A DNA stretch of 64,000 bases from Camelus dromedarius (GCF_036321535.1 NC_087463.1:16306001-16370000), one strand, 5' to 3'. Numbered from the stretch's first letter, positions 12,601 to 24,591 are shown. Program-made: numbers and translations. Notes: generated from the letters alone by a model not told the origin.

Positions 12601-15600
12601 TTTCTGCCGTATTTTCTTCTTTTAACTACTTACAGCTTCCTCCCTAACCAGATTGTTCTCAAAGGAAAAATCTGACACAATAGCAAATGATAAAGTGGCT
12701 AGCACAAGAAATTAGCCCATTGATATTTAATCATTTCTATTCTTAAGCATTTCAAAGACTAACAATGCCTTTTCCAAACTAATATTTGTTCAGAAGAGAG
12801 TTGGAGCATTTAGACCATATGTTCATATAATCAAAGCTTCNNNNNNNNNNNNNNNNNNNNNNNNNNNNNNNNNNNNNNNNNNNNNNNNNNNNNNNNNNNN
12901 NNNNNNNNNNNNNNNNNNNNNNNNNNNNNNNNNNNNNNNNNNNNNNNNNNNNNNNNNNNNNNNNNNNNNNNNNNNNNAAGGCTTTGGAAAAGGATAAAAA
13001 AGTGAAAGAATGCCAGGGGTGAGTATTCAAAATTTTAAGTAGTATGTTAATTGTCGATAGGAAGGTTACATTTGAGCAAAAATCTGAAACAAGTGAAGAG
13101 GAGATCATGCTGATATTTAGAAGTGTAGCAAGAGGGAATGTCAGTTGAAAATCTTTGTGGCTGAAGTATGCCTGTTGTGTCGAAGACACAGCAAGGAGAC
13201 CACCGCGGCTAAAGTGGAGTGAGCTGGTTAATTACAGGGAAGTAATGTGAGTAAGATAGGATGTGGGAGAGTTCCTCCATCCTTATCATTCTTAGAACGC
13301 CAGTGCCTTCTGTCTCTGTTGAAAACAAGTTCTGATTTAACTAGAAAGTGTGGCCTCTTGGGGCTCCTAGCATCCCCTCTTACTCAGTTGTAGGTGCAGC
13401 ATCCTCACTTTGGACTATTTGCATTGAGTGTCACTGAGCTCCCACATATCACAGGACCAGTGGAATTCTGTGCTCACTGTGCATTGCAAAGGCTACATGT
13501 GAATGGGAGGCAGGGAGTAGCAGGCATGTATTTCCTGTATCTCCTTAGCTCACAGGCATGATCCATTGTCCCACTGGACTTCACTTACAAAACACAAGAC
13601 CGAAATAAAATTTTAAAGAGTTTCAGGACAGCAAAACTCCTCTGAGGATGGGAAACTCTTCTGAGTATGGGACCCTGTATGACTGCACAAAACTGTATGT
13701 CCATGAAACCAGCTCTGATCACAAAGGCTTCGGTGTGAGGATCCACTGAAGTACCACTTCATGTGGTTGTGAAGGATCTACACCACACAAGCCTGGAATA
13801 AGTATGAATGTGTTAAATAAATACATTTAAATAAAATTTAATACATTCTAGGAACTTCTTCAATGTAATCTAAAGGTACTTCCTTGAATGAAGTTTTTAC
13901 TTTGAATTTTTTTTTTTAATTACAGGGAACCTATGGCTTTGAGGCACAGATCAACAGATATATGGAACTTGCAAAATACTTGTACAAAGTTTTAAAGAAA
14001 AAAGATAACTTTAAGCTTGTGTTTGATGCAGAGGTAAGGATTCTTTTAGTGGGCTTTTTTTTTTGGAGAGTCCTTAATGGATGTATACTTTCTTTGCTGA
14101 GGATTTTGTACTTGAAACTATTACTTGTCTAATACTTTGAGATAATTTAAAATTAAGATATATTACATATAACTATCATACATATTTTATCTTACCTAAA
14201 TGCAAAACATTGAGGCTTTAAAAATGTTTCCATTTAAGTTCTCTGTCATGCAGGCCAAGGGTCCAAAAGACTTAATTTGATGACTATATTCAATTTTTTA
14301 ATTTTAAAGACAAAACTATTCGGTTATAATTGCTTTTCTGATTTTGATGGCATTGAATCAAGAGTAATTTCATTGTTCCTAGCTTTTTTTCTTGTATGTG
14401 AAGTATGCAGTTTGGTTTCTGGATAGTAGATGACGTAAGAGAAAGTGGGCTTTAAATTATATAATAATCCTTAGTTGGTCACTATTAAGGTAATAAGTAG
14501 ATATTAATGAAAAAATTGAGAGTTTTTAGTATTATATCCATTTCCCTCTTCAAGACCTGGTCAGCCATCCAATGGCTTGCATGAAGTCACGCTAGTGAGT
14601 CATTATTAGGAAAGGAAGGTGCTTGTCTCCCTCTGCTTGTATTAACTTTAATTTTTGGTAGTCTCCCTCAGTCAACTAGACGTAAAGAAGTTTGTTTATT
14701 TGTTTGTTTTTAATACTACCCGTTCCCTGATAGTTTGTTTTCCTCTCTGAAATCAGAGCTTTCACAGTTGATTTAAGTAAAGTTCTCTTCTATCCTTTAT
14801 CTCTGTAAAAGAGATCCAGTCACTGAAGCCAGACACCTTGAGTTCATCTTGAAAGCCTAGCAAAGATCAGTTCTATCTTTTGAAGATGTTGGAGATGGAA
14901 ACCCTCCTATTTAACCCACAGCCTTTGCTTTAGCGAAGCTTTCTTCATTCTCTCCTGAATCACTACAACATTTTAGTTACTAATATTCTCCTCTCTCCAA
15001 TGGTGCTCTCCTCTAATCGACTGTCTGTACCACAACCTGAATGACCTTACTCATGGAAAACACTGGCACTATCATCAACATACTTAATATATTTTGAGGA
15101 CTGGGCATGGGATGGGAGGCTGAAGACTGAGCTCTCTGTGAGGACAGCAACTGTTTCTTTTACCTCTGTATTTGGTGCCTGACTTAGACCCTCGAAAGCT
15201 ATTTTTAAATATATTAAAATTAAATTAAATTAATTAAAATACTTCTGGAATAATTAAGGATTTAGGTAGTGCTTTAAAGATACTTATAAAATCACTAAGG
15301 AATTAGGTAATGCTTTAAGAACATGTGTAAAATTTTTCTTTTTGGTTTAGCCTGAGTTCACCAATGTCTGCTTCTGGTACTTCCCACCAAGACTTAAACA
15401 TATCCCAAAAGGTTTTGAAAGAGATCAAGAACTGCACAAGGTAAGTCTGTGTGTGTATGGGGTGGTGTTTTTAATTTTAATATTGCCTTTTAAATAATGT
15501 GTCTGCATTCATTTGGTTGGTGGATGGTGGTCATGTGGTCCTAAGCCATTGGTTTAATACTCATATGGAGCCAAGTGAAATCTCAACCCATCAGTCATTT

Positions 15601-17280
15601 TGCAGATTAATCCAGTCATCATTTATATAATTGAGAACTATTTATTGAGTGCTTAATATTCAGTTATCTGAGTTTCTTACCCTTTGTTCAATTCATTCAT
15701 CAGTTAATATTTGCCAGGTGTTCCATAGGAGTTAGAGGTATGAAATGAATAAGACAGAATCCCAGTCCTAGGTGGGCTGGAAGGCTTAGTGTGGAGAAGT
15801 CAAGAATATAAATAATTACAGTTCCTAAGAGCAATAGAAGAGGTACTTGGAGAAGCGTGATCACATTTGAAATACTTATTACAAGGTCATCTGAGTAAGA
15901 ATCTGAGAGAGATTTTTTTTATGGATCAATGATCAACACTGAAAAAAACTGAATATCATAACAGTGGGGAGATTTAATATTTACCTTAATGATGTATGTT
16001 ATAATAGAGAGGATTGCCACCATTATGTGCTGTTTAGCACATACATTTATTGTAAGCTTTTAACCTATCTTAAGCACACATCATATACTTTATAATAGTA
16101 GTACCACCACTTTTGAGTTGACCAACATCACAACCACTTATGTTAGGAATGCTGAGTACCCTAGGATAAGTTGAACACAAACTCTCTGACGTTCAAGGGC
16201 ATCAACTTTTTATACCATCAGAAAATTTCACTGGACTAGTAAATTCCAAGACAAAACAGAGATTTTGTTTGTTTGTTTAAGGGCAAATACTAATGTCTTT
16301 TATTCTGTGGTCATGTTGATTAATTGAAATGTTAAATAACGAAGGACATTAAATGAAATGTCTACTAAAGGAGACACACACACACACATATATATAGTTG
16401 CTTCTGCACTGCCATTATATAAACACTTACGGGAAAGTTAAGTCATGGATGGCGTGTGTAGCATTTTAAAGTTAAACTATGTGCAGAAGCAGAAGTTCTG
16501 AGAAGAGGAGCGTGTTGAGAATGCCCTCTTCCTACTTTCCTGAGCCTCCGTGACACTTTATTCTATAATAGTAACCCAAGAGCTTAATGTGATCTCATGT
16601 CACATGCATGGTGGTGTTTTAGGAGCTGTACAAGACAGTTAAAGAGGCAGACTTCCTCTCTGTGAAATTTACAAAGAAACTGTGTTTTGCTGCCAAACAG
16701 TAACCTTGTAGGAAAACTCGAGATGTATTGTCATTATTCAGATAGTAGACCAAAACATACTACTGCTTTTCCATTCCCTATCTCATTTTACCTCTTTCCC
16801 AGATACTTTGAATTGCCTGATAAATATGAACAAAATGTCACTCCACCTTCTCTAATGTATTCTTGCACACTTGCATTATTTTGTGAGTTTGGTAGTTGTG
16901 AATCGGGGAGCAACAAGAGCTGCAGTATGAATTTAGAAAGTGCTGCTTTTTTTTTCTGTGCTAAGCTGTTTCTTAAAAATTATTCCTGATGGTTTTAAAT
17001 CGCCTGCAATTTCCTTCAAGCTAATGATAGTTATGTAGTCATCTAGAATGTGGGACAGTGTTTGCTTGTAAAATTTCCTTTTAATGATATTTGCATTTAC
17101 GCACAGATTGCTCCAAAGATTAAAGCACAGATGATAGAGGAAGGTACAGCCTTGATAAGCTACCAGCCATGTGGGGACAGAGTAAATTTTTTTCGAATGG
17201 TCTTTTCTAATCCTGCCACCAGACAAGCAGATGTTGACTATCTTCTTGATGAAATTCAAAGGCTTGGGAAAGACTTATGA
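531..17280 (+). CDS. GAD3: Glutamate decarboxylase 3 (GAD1-like paralog), 5'-partial, 11 coding exons, 381 codons plus stop: join(531-643,1015-1130,2789-2868,4923-4977,5492-5608,6414-6478,6581-6659,9212-9361,13926-14033,15351-15440,17107-17280)
   Basis: Exons total 1147 nt and splice in frame with GT-AG introns. Motifs: [40 protein letters not shown] (PLP lysine), YLFQPDK, IQCGRH, NFFRMV, C-terminal RLGKDL*. Against recalled human GAD67 the 150-nt exon is ~39/50 and the 108-nt exon ~19/36 identical, too low for a mammalian GAD1/GAD2 orthologue. GAD family identity is near certain; the name GAD3 is inferred. Confidence 0.9.
858..973. repeat. 58-bp tandem duplication (2 copies, 1 mismatch)
   Basis: 858-915 and 916-973 read acaccactttagtttcagaaaacactcaaattgtcatga(t/c)ttcagtcaacagttctga. 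Confidence 0.95.
1015..1130 (+). CDS. GAD3: GAD3 exon, 116 nt: [39 protein letters not shown]
   Basis: tttctcttccatag| acceptor, CAA|gtaagt donor. Confidence 0.96.
2789..2868 (+). CDS. GAD3: GAD3 exon, 80 nt: [26 protein letters not shown](R)
   Basis: ttcacttctgcccaag| acceptor, AAG|gtattt donor; contains the PLP-stacking His. Confidence 0.96.
3150..4440 (-). mobile_element. Old L1 (L1M/L1ME-like) fragment
   Basis: T-rich decayed sequence with antisense ORF2-like text such as 'gagcatccttatcttattcctgactttaataggcatgctttcagtg'. Confidence 0.6.
4923..4977 (+). CDS. GAD3: GAD3 exon, 55 nt: [18 protein letters not shown]
   Basis: gcatttttaag| acceptor, AAG|gtatgt donor. Confidence 0.95.
5492..5608 (+). 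CDS. GAD3: GAD3 exon, 117 nt: [39 protein letters not shown]
   Basis: gtcatcaccag| acceptor, GAT|gtaagt donor; ends at the PLP-binding Asp. Confidence 0.96.
6414..6478 (+). CDS. GAD3: GAD3 exon, 65 nt: [21 protein letters not shown](R)
   Basis: tctgttgcag| acceptor, AAG|gtgaga donor. Confidence 0.96.
6581..6659 (+). CDS. GAD3: GAD3 exon, 79 nt: [26 protein letters not shown] (PLP Lys codon 6609-6611)
   Basis: ttttctcacctag| acceptor after a 102-nt intron, AAA|gtaaat donor; NPHK Schiff-base motif. Confidence 0.97.
8395..8530 (+). mobile_element. MIR SINE fragment
   Basis: 'agtttcagtttcttcaatctataaaaatg...gtgaggatcaaatgataca' matches the MIR core. Confidence 0.7.
9212..9361 (+). CDS. GAD3: GAD3 exon, 150 nt: [50 protein letters not shown] (catalytic loop)
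   Basis: ttccttttcag| acceptor, AAG|gtaggg donor. Confidence 0.97.
10530..11207 (-). mobile_element. Solo LTR (probably ERV1 class), antisense in a GAD3 intron
   Basis: TG...CA termini, 4-bp TSD GCTG (10526-10529 / 11208-11211), minus-strand AATAAA (tttatt 10650-10655). Confidence 0.7.
11892..12326 (+). mobile_element. ERVL-type LTR (MER54/MER73/MER74-like), sense in a GAD3 intron
   Basis: Ends 'attaaaatccttgcacctttaaccccatcttggtgtctgccctttcgaggacctgggctaaca', typical of this LTR group. The 5' boundary is approximate. Confidence 0.65.
12841..12977. other. N gap (137 nt); further gaps at 19504-19650, 42929-43065, 49493-49636, 49809-49969
   Basis: Runs of n. Confidence 0.98.
12990..13230 (-). 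mobile_element. L2 fragment
   Basis: 'gaaggttacatttgagcaaaaatctgaaacaagtgaagagg...gcaaggagaccaccgcggctaaagtggagtgag' resembles antisense L2. Confidence 0.55.
13310..13717 (-). mobile_element. MER45-like hAT-Tip100 DNA transposon remnant
   Basis: 'ttcacttacaaaacacaag...gggaccctgtatgactgcaca...catgaaaccagctctg' is the reverse complement of the MER45 left end. Confidence 0.7.
13926..14033 (+). CDS. GAD3: GAD3 exon, 108 nt: [36 protein letters not shown]
   Basis: T-tract...ttacag| acceptor, GAG|gtaagg donor. Confidence 0.96.
15351..15440 (+). CDS. GAD3: GAD3 exon, 90 nt: [30 protein letters not shown]
   Basis: ttctttttggtttag| acceptor, AAG|gtaagt donor. Confidence 0.96.
17107..17280 (+). CDS. 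GAD3: GAD3 last coding exon, 174 nt: [57 protein letters not shown]
   Basis: tttacgcacag| acceptor; TGA at 17278-17280; FFRMV substrate-binding Arg retained. Confidence 0.97.
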   Translation: MAPKIKAQMIEEGTALISYQPCGDRVNFFRMVFSNPATRQADVDYLLDEIQRLGKDL

Positions 17281-18049
17281 TATGTCAGTATGAACTTGAA
17301 TACCAAATGTAGACATCAATTTAAAAGCGTCTACTGCTGAAGATAACAAGAAAGGAATATTTGAAGTGATACCCTCTCTTTTGGAACGTTAAGAAGATGA
17401 AAAAGGAATGGGTTCGTGGAAGATAGATGTAGGTAGATAGATTCAACTTTGTTCATGTATTTGTTGTTTTTACTAATTCAACAAAAATTATTGAACATCT
17501 ATTAAATGTCAGGGGCTTTTCTTGGTGTGCTTAGAATACGTCAGTAAATGAGAAAGACAAACATTCCTCCTCTTGTAAAGAAAGAAATTCTACTGTGAAC
17601 ATTCAGTAAGTTAACATATATTTACTTGCTTGAATTAATTGCATGGGCTTCCTGAGTTGAAATCGTTTTCAATATCATACAGCAGCATTCTGTATCTGTA
17701 AAAAAGAAAATAATGCATAGGATGTTTTTCTATTTCAGCTAAATTGGATAAATAGAATTTTCTGCATTTTGGAGCAGAGAGTCAGGAAAGGGAATGACAG
17801 GGGCTGATATATTTGCCTTTTGATACTTGCATTTTTATTTAAAAGGGACTGTGGCTTCCACCAAGCTTCTATGCAGTGATTTAATTCATTTTTTTTCTTG
17901 CAACACCATTTTGAATGTTCCTAAAGATCAAGATTTTTTTAACAATTCTCCAAAAGTATATTAGCCATATTTCACAAAATGGTATTAGGTAGCTCCGTAT
18001 TGATGGTGAAATTAGCGTTTTTCAGCTCCTTTTTCTGAGATAATAGAGT

Positions 18050-18255
18050 TAACGTTAATTGAGCACTTACTGTGTATCAGATGGTATGCTAAGGATCTTA
18101 ACTTACATGGTCTCATTTATTTCTCTATTAATATTACACTTAAAGTGCTTTATTATCTCCGTTTTGTGAATGAGTGACTAAGATTTAAAGAGTTTAACTA
18201 ATGTGTCTAACAGCATGCTGCTGATGAGTAATAAACCCCAAATTCAAAGCTAGCC
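18050..18255 (-). mobile_element. MIR SINE
   Basis: 'ttgagcacttactgtgtatcagatggtatgctaagg...ctccgttttgtgaatgagtgactaagatttaaagagtttaactaa'. Confidence 0.7.
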
Positions 18256-18464
18256 AGGCTTTTTCTCAAGTGTGTATGACAGAGAGCCTGCCAGACACCT
18301 TGCTCCAATTCACTCACACTACCTACCAGTAGAGCCATTTGTCAAATCGCTTGATATATGCACGTCTCTTTCCTTTCCTCTGAAATAGGAATGATAATGG
18401 TGCCTGTACCACAGCGATGCTGTTTGAATAACATCAAATGATTATATCAAATATTTTTTAAAAA

Positions 18465-18597
18465 TTGAATCATTCTCTATGTGTTAGCTTTTTCTTCCAT
18501 GATGTATGCATAAATCAAATCATCACAATATACACTTTAAATATCTTACAGTTGTAATTGTTAATTATACCTCAATAAAGCTGAAAAAATAAAAAAG
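18465..18597 (+). mobile_element. L1 extreme 3' end with AATAAA and A-tail
   Basis: 'aaatcatcacaatatacactttaaatatcttacagttgtaattgttaattatacctcaataaagctgaaaaaataaaaaa'. Confidence 0.8.
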
Positions 18598-19121
18598 ATG
18601 TTTTCTCAGTATACAAAAAAATCAAATAACTTCAAAGGAAGTAGGGATGTTAAGAATTAGTGTTGCATGAGGAGAAAAGTAGAGGGAAATATAGGATTGA
18701 ATGTAGAGAGAAATATGAAGAGGGAAAGAATTTGATATAGTATACGTGTTAACTCCTCATTTCTAGCCCATTAACAGTCACTTCCCACCAACAGGCAAAG
18801 AGGAAGGTGGACCCAGTAAGAGACCTGGGGTACTGGCGATGTATAGGCTCAGTGCGTAATTAATTAGTTTTGCTTATTTAATTTTTTATTATGTCAAATA
18901 GAGCCAGAGATTTTAAAAAATATATTAGGTACAAATAATGCTCCATAGCATTGCTTTTATTTTTATTAATCATTCAGGATACGACCAAATATTGTCATGA
19001 TTCTTTATGGCAGAGGACATTGTACCCTCTGTTTTCCAAGCTGTTGCATTCATTCAAGTTAAAATGCCTGTAAACTTTTATATTTTAGAGATAAAAACAC
19101 AAGAATTAGGGATAGAGATTC

Positions 19122-19650
19122 TTTCTTTTTTAATTGAGGGCTAGTTGCTTTACAATGTTGTATTAGTTTGTGGTATGCAACAGAGTGATTCAGTTATACA
19201 TACATATTCTTTTTCATGTTCTTTTTTATTATATGTTATTATAAGACATTGAATATAGTTCCCAGTGCTGTATAGTAGGACCTCATTGTTTATCTATTTT
19301 ATATGTAGTAGTTTGTATCTACTAATCCAAAACTCCTAATTTATGCCTCCCTTTTCCTCTTTGGTAACCATAACTTTATTTTCTGTGTCTTTGAGTCTCT
19401 TTCTGTTTTGTAAATAAGTTCATTTGTATCATTTTTTAGATTCCACATATAAGTGATATCATATGATATTTGTATTTCTGTGTCTGACTTACTTCACATA
19501 ATCNNNNNNNNNNNNNNNNNNNNNNNNNNNNNNNNNNNNNNNNNNNNNNNNNNNNNNNNNNNNNNNNNNNNNNNNNNNNNNNNNNNNNNNNNNNNNNNNN
19601 NNNNNNNNNNNNNNNNNNNNNNNNNNNNNNNNNNNNNNNNNNNNNNNNNN
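19122..19650 (-). mobile_element. Cetartiodactyl-type L1 3' UTR, running into an N gap
   Basis: 'ttttaattgagggctagttgctttacaatgttgtattag...ttagattccacatataagtgatatcatatgatatttg'. Confidence 0.85.
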
Positions 19651-21913
19651 ATCATGGTTTCTTCCAATATCAATTCTATGAATTAAGCGAATGTATTTTT
19701 GTAGAGTTTCTAGAAATCTGCAATCTGGTCTATTCAGCAGTGTCCTGTTAATAATGAGGAACCTAATAAAAATTGTTCTCTATCATTTTGAGGTATACAA
19801 CATTTTCAGTTATTTGAATATCTACTTTACATGTTGTTGAAAACTCGTAATGTTTAAATTAAAGAAAGGGTAATACTCGTTAACCTGTGTCACCTCTCCA
19901 CCCTTGAACTTGGAGTATTTTTAATTTCATGGCCAGTCAAAATTATTTTCGCCATAGAACGTTTAACTAGTGTTCCCATTGCTGTATTCTCTCAACCAAG
20001 CACCTGACATAGACCTTGAATTACATGAAATAATGCATGAATTTGCCCTCTATAACTTATAGGAATTCTATGAAAAGAGATTCCTTTCTTGCTGCTAAGA
20101 GACTTAGTTCAACATAAATTTCTTAAAGGGGTATTACTAAGTTAATTTTTTTCTTTTGAACTTTTTCCAAATATACTGCAATATGTTTTAACATAATGAA
20201 TAACACTGGTGTAACCAACAGAGATGACTGCCAGAGAGACTGTGTCTCCAGAACTTAGGGTAGAGGAGGGTAGACCAAAAAGTGAAAATAATTTGTTTTT
20301 AAGAAATTTATTTTCAGTTCAAAGTGCGACTATAGGATTGTGCACAACATATAGAGAAAACTTGAAACATAAAAGAACCAACATCCAAATGGGGTTCTGA
20401 AATACAGATCTTACCAGGCAGATAATATGGAGTGATGATAATCAGTTATGTGGAAAATAAAAAATCGTTTCGATAAACACTTTGATATTGCTGGAGTAGA
20501 GTATAAGATACAGGGTTCTGCTACAAACAACTAGGAAATTATAGGTCCTTAATGTTAGCATTGTGACAACGTGAAAACAAAGTGAATTAAATACGGGGTA
20601 GTATAATGAAACTTGTCTCGAAGAAGGGGAAAAAAAGACAGTGATTTTGATGGCAGTTTCAAGGACAGCTTAGAGGAGGAACAAGTCTGGAGGTCAGAAC
20701 ATGAGTTTTAAAGGCTGTTGCAATAATCCAAGAAAGGATGAGAGCTTCGCAGCACAAGGCAATAGGGGGTCAAAGGCTATTTAGGAAGTAAAATTTCCAA
20801 AGTGCACTGGAAAGATTAAAAAAAAAAAGTTTGGAGAATCTGAGGTTTCTAATTTGAGAGACAGCTTAGATCTCAGTAGCTCGATCTAAAAGGGAAAGCC
20901 ACATTAGCACAATGTCATGGTCCTAGTTAGCTTACATACAGTAAACAGACTGAGATGTATGGATTTATAGGGCTTAGCTCTCTGGAGAACATCACACAAG
21001 CTATGTAGCTATCGAGTATATAATAGAGATGTTTCATGACTGAAAAAGCTCCCTTCTGTGTAATTAATGTAACATCTTACGTTACTTACAGGCTTCCTAA
21101 GTTAGTGTAGTCTGAGCCGGCAAGAAAGGACCTGGGGAACTGTTGACAATCTCACTCCTCTCTCTACTTTGTGCTTCACAGCTACTTGTATCCTAGAAGC
21201 TTTCAGTAAAGCTTCATACTGAATGTGACCTCTGGTTCATTTGAGTCTGATTTAACAGTTGGATCCTTTGTAATAACTCAATGATTATCTGACCCAGGAG
21301 TCTGAGAAGGAATGTTTGAAGACACTGGTCTAAATTAATTCCTTCAATATTTCCAATGCAGCCCTATAGAAATAGGTCTGGAATGGAGAAAAGTCATCAC
21401 CGCACTGGATTGACTCTAAACAGTCTCATTTTTTGTTGAATCATAATAGCTCTATGTTCTTCAGTTGTTCAGTTTTTTGTTGGGCTTTTGTCTCAGCTCA
21501 TTTGGTCCCTTAATTCCTTTTGATTGCAAAGTCAGTTTTGTTTTGTTTTGTTTTTTGCTTGTTTGTTTGGTTTTGTTTTCCCTCTGCTGTCTGGCTTTCA
21601 TATTAGTCCTCCATTCAGGGCACAACTTTTAATGTTTATTCTGCCCAGCCAGCCCCTTACTTTCCCCACGGGCTGCTCGCCCAGCCCATAGCAAGAGACT
21701 TAGGAATATTGGCTCCAGCCAGAGGCCATGCCTCACTTGCCACTTTTGTTTGCTATAATTCGAATGGTATCCAACTCTTCCCATCTAAAATGTCCATCTA
21801 AATATGTCTGTTTTTTTCCTACTCTAAGACCCCAGTGTAGAATGTAGGCACAAATTCTATAGATATTTTATGATAATATTGGAATTTATTAAAATAAAAA
21901 AAGTGTGACAAAC

Positions 21914-22120
21914 AGGTTTAAGAGCACAGATGCCTGGGGTCGAATCCTAGCTCTGACCCTCGCTAGCAGGTTCCCTGATCTATCTCCCTGTGTTCACTTT
22001 CCCCATGTCTGTAATAAATAGTACTCATGCTTCCTCACTGGTAAATGAATTGGTTTGTGTATATAAAGTTCTTTACACAGTGCCTGGAATTTAGTAGGGC
22101 TTCAATTTGTGTTGATATTA
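21914..22120 (+). mobile_element. MIR SINE
   Basis: 'ggtttaagagcacagatgcctggggtcgaatcctagctctg...cacagtgcctggaatttagtagg'. Confidence 0.75.
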
Positions 22121-24591
22121 TTAATACTACAGACTTTAAAAATGGTTTTTGAGGTAGGTTTTTGAACTCACTGTTCAAAACTCATATTCTGTCTGGTTTG
22201 TCATTCTGCCTTTCCACGCGCAAAGACTTGTGTTAGAGGCACGATGTGGAACAAATGGGCTATAGATGGGCCTGGAAGTGTGAGTAGACATCCCAGGTGG
22301 CAGCATCAAGAAAGATATGATCTGGAACTATGTGAAGTAGAAAGATGTAAAGATTACGAATCTGTTACTTAAGTAAAAGGTATTTCAAATAATTTGACAA
22401 AACCCAAAAAATGGAAACATTTTTCAGCTGTACTGTGGTTTTATAGTTTTATTTCCTGAGTGCCAAGAACACCACCTTTCTGATAGAATGACCAGATTTT
22501 ATCAGAAAATGTAACAGTAATGTAGAAGGAAGAGATATAACTTTATTAAGAAAAGCAGTTATGTTTAAATTTTATTCCTGAATTACCCTGGACCCCTGGT
22601 CAGTTTTCCTGTCTGTCTCCTACACTTACCGTACCTCACGGGCTCAGTGTCTACTAGGCTGAGATACAGCAAGAATCAAGGTTATTTTTGTGACTCCTAC
22701 TCCCCATGTTGACCAGTATAAAAAGATATATGGAGAAATATATGAGTTAGAAATTTTTGAGACAGCAAGCAACAGAATGAATGAAAACAATGAGTGTTCC
22801 ATTTGCTGAAGTTGGTTCTCTATTCCCAGTTCGCCCAAATAATCTTGGTTGCAGACATCTCACGTACATTTGGAACTTGTACTTGGAACTGACCCGTGAT
22901 TTCAGATTATCTCTCGGCCACCCTGCAGTCCTGTCTGAGAGCATTTTACCACTGTGGTCCCTTGGGAACATTTTAGGATGCATTTAATCTTCCATGGATA
23001 GTAAACACAGTATTTCCAAGTCTCAGCTCCCCTGTTCCCATTTGTCAAATCATTTAAACGTACATAGGAATACAAATGAAGGCGTACATACCCAGTTATC
23101 TTTGATTTAGTCATGAGCTAGAGGTACGACATAATGCATAGTTTATGTTAATTCCCTTTGCCCGGATCACATAGCTCAGGGAATAATTGGCGTAATTAAA
23201 AGTACAGCTTCTCTCAACAGTCTAACTTTAGCACTTGTGCTTTGTTTCAGTGATTTATGGGTAACTTTGAAAATCAACGTTACTCAGCCCTTCTCAAATC
23301 CTATGGATTGATCCTTGTATAATCACAGCAAATGCATTAAGTAACTGTGTTATAAATTAAAATTTCCTTTGAACAGCTGATTTATTGTGATCATTCAACA
23401 GTGCTGGATTTTTGTTACAATGACTGTATTGAAAAGTTAATGCCTCTTGGAAATAAGATGATGAAAATGTGAAAATGCCAACTATATAGATTTGTTTTAT
23501 AGCTTTGTTAAATTTGTTTAAATTTAACAAAATTTAAAGTTTCTACTTTTTCCTTGATTTCTAAAGTGAAGAACATTTCTGCAGGGTTTTTTTTTTCCCC
23601 CTTTACATAAAAGGAGCAGCTTTGAATCATTTTGCTTTCAATTTTATGCTTACTTTTTCTTCTTAGCCACCTAACTCCAAGGCCATTAAAGGCAGAGGTC
23701 TTCCTAATTGAGCATTGTGAGGCAGGGGTCAGTCTAGGATCTGGTCCAGGAACCAAAGGTGCTGGATTATTTGGTTATTGATTCACACACTCACAAGTCC
23801 TCACAATAATGCACACCCAAATGAGATCACGTACAAGTAAAGATAGTTTTGTGGACCTGGCTAAATGTTACTACCTGTTTGTGACATTTAGAACTTACTT
23901 GTCATGGAACTCACAGAAATTTGTTTCTGTTTCCTAAGAATCGTTCATGCTTCATAGTTATGTGCTCTAAAATTGGCATAGGAAAAGTATATGTCAAAAT
24001 ATTAGAGACATTTCATTCAAATGAACTAATGTTTACTTATTGCTTTCTTAATATCTTTAAAAAATTCTTTGTATTATTATAATTCACACAAAAGCCTGGC
24101 ATACAGGGCTACTGAGGCAATACCTGTTTGAAAGAAGACTGAAGATTTAAAAGTGTTTAAAGGCAATACAAGATCAAAATACAATTTCATGTCTATACAC
24201 TAGTAATTAACAATCAGAAAATAAAATTAAGAAAAAAATTCTGTTTACAATAGCATCAAAACTAAAATCTCTAGGGATAAATTTAACAAGAAATTCAAGA
24301 CAAATGTACGGAAGTTTTAAAATATCCTTGAAAGAAATTAAAGACCTAAATCAATAGATACATGACTTGCAAACATTTTCTCCCATATCATGGGTTGTCT
24401 TTTGACTTTCTGGAAGACCAAGAAACACAAAAATTTAAACTGACATGATCCAATTTATGTTTTTCTTTTAAAATTTTGTCCCATGTGCTTTTGGTGTCTT
24501 TTCTCAGAAACCGTTGCCTAAACTGAGGTCACAAAGAGTTACTCTTATGTTTTCCTCTAAGAGTTTGATAGTTTTAACTCCTATACTTAGG

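Noticed and set aside
531-17280. Calling the gene GAD1, GAD2, GADL1 or CSAD, or a pseudogene
   Set aside because: It is too divergent from the highly conserved mammalian GAD1/GAD2, and its motifs and exon sizes are GAD-type rather than CSAD/GADL1. It has introns and no lesions in the window.
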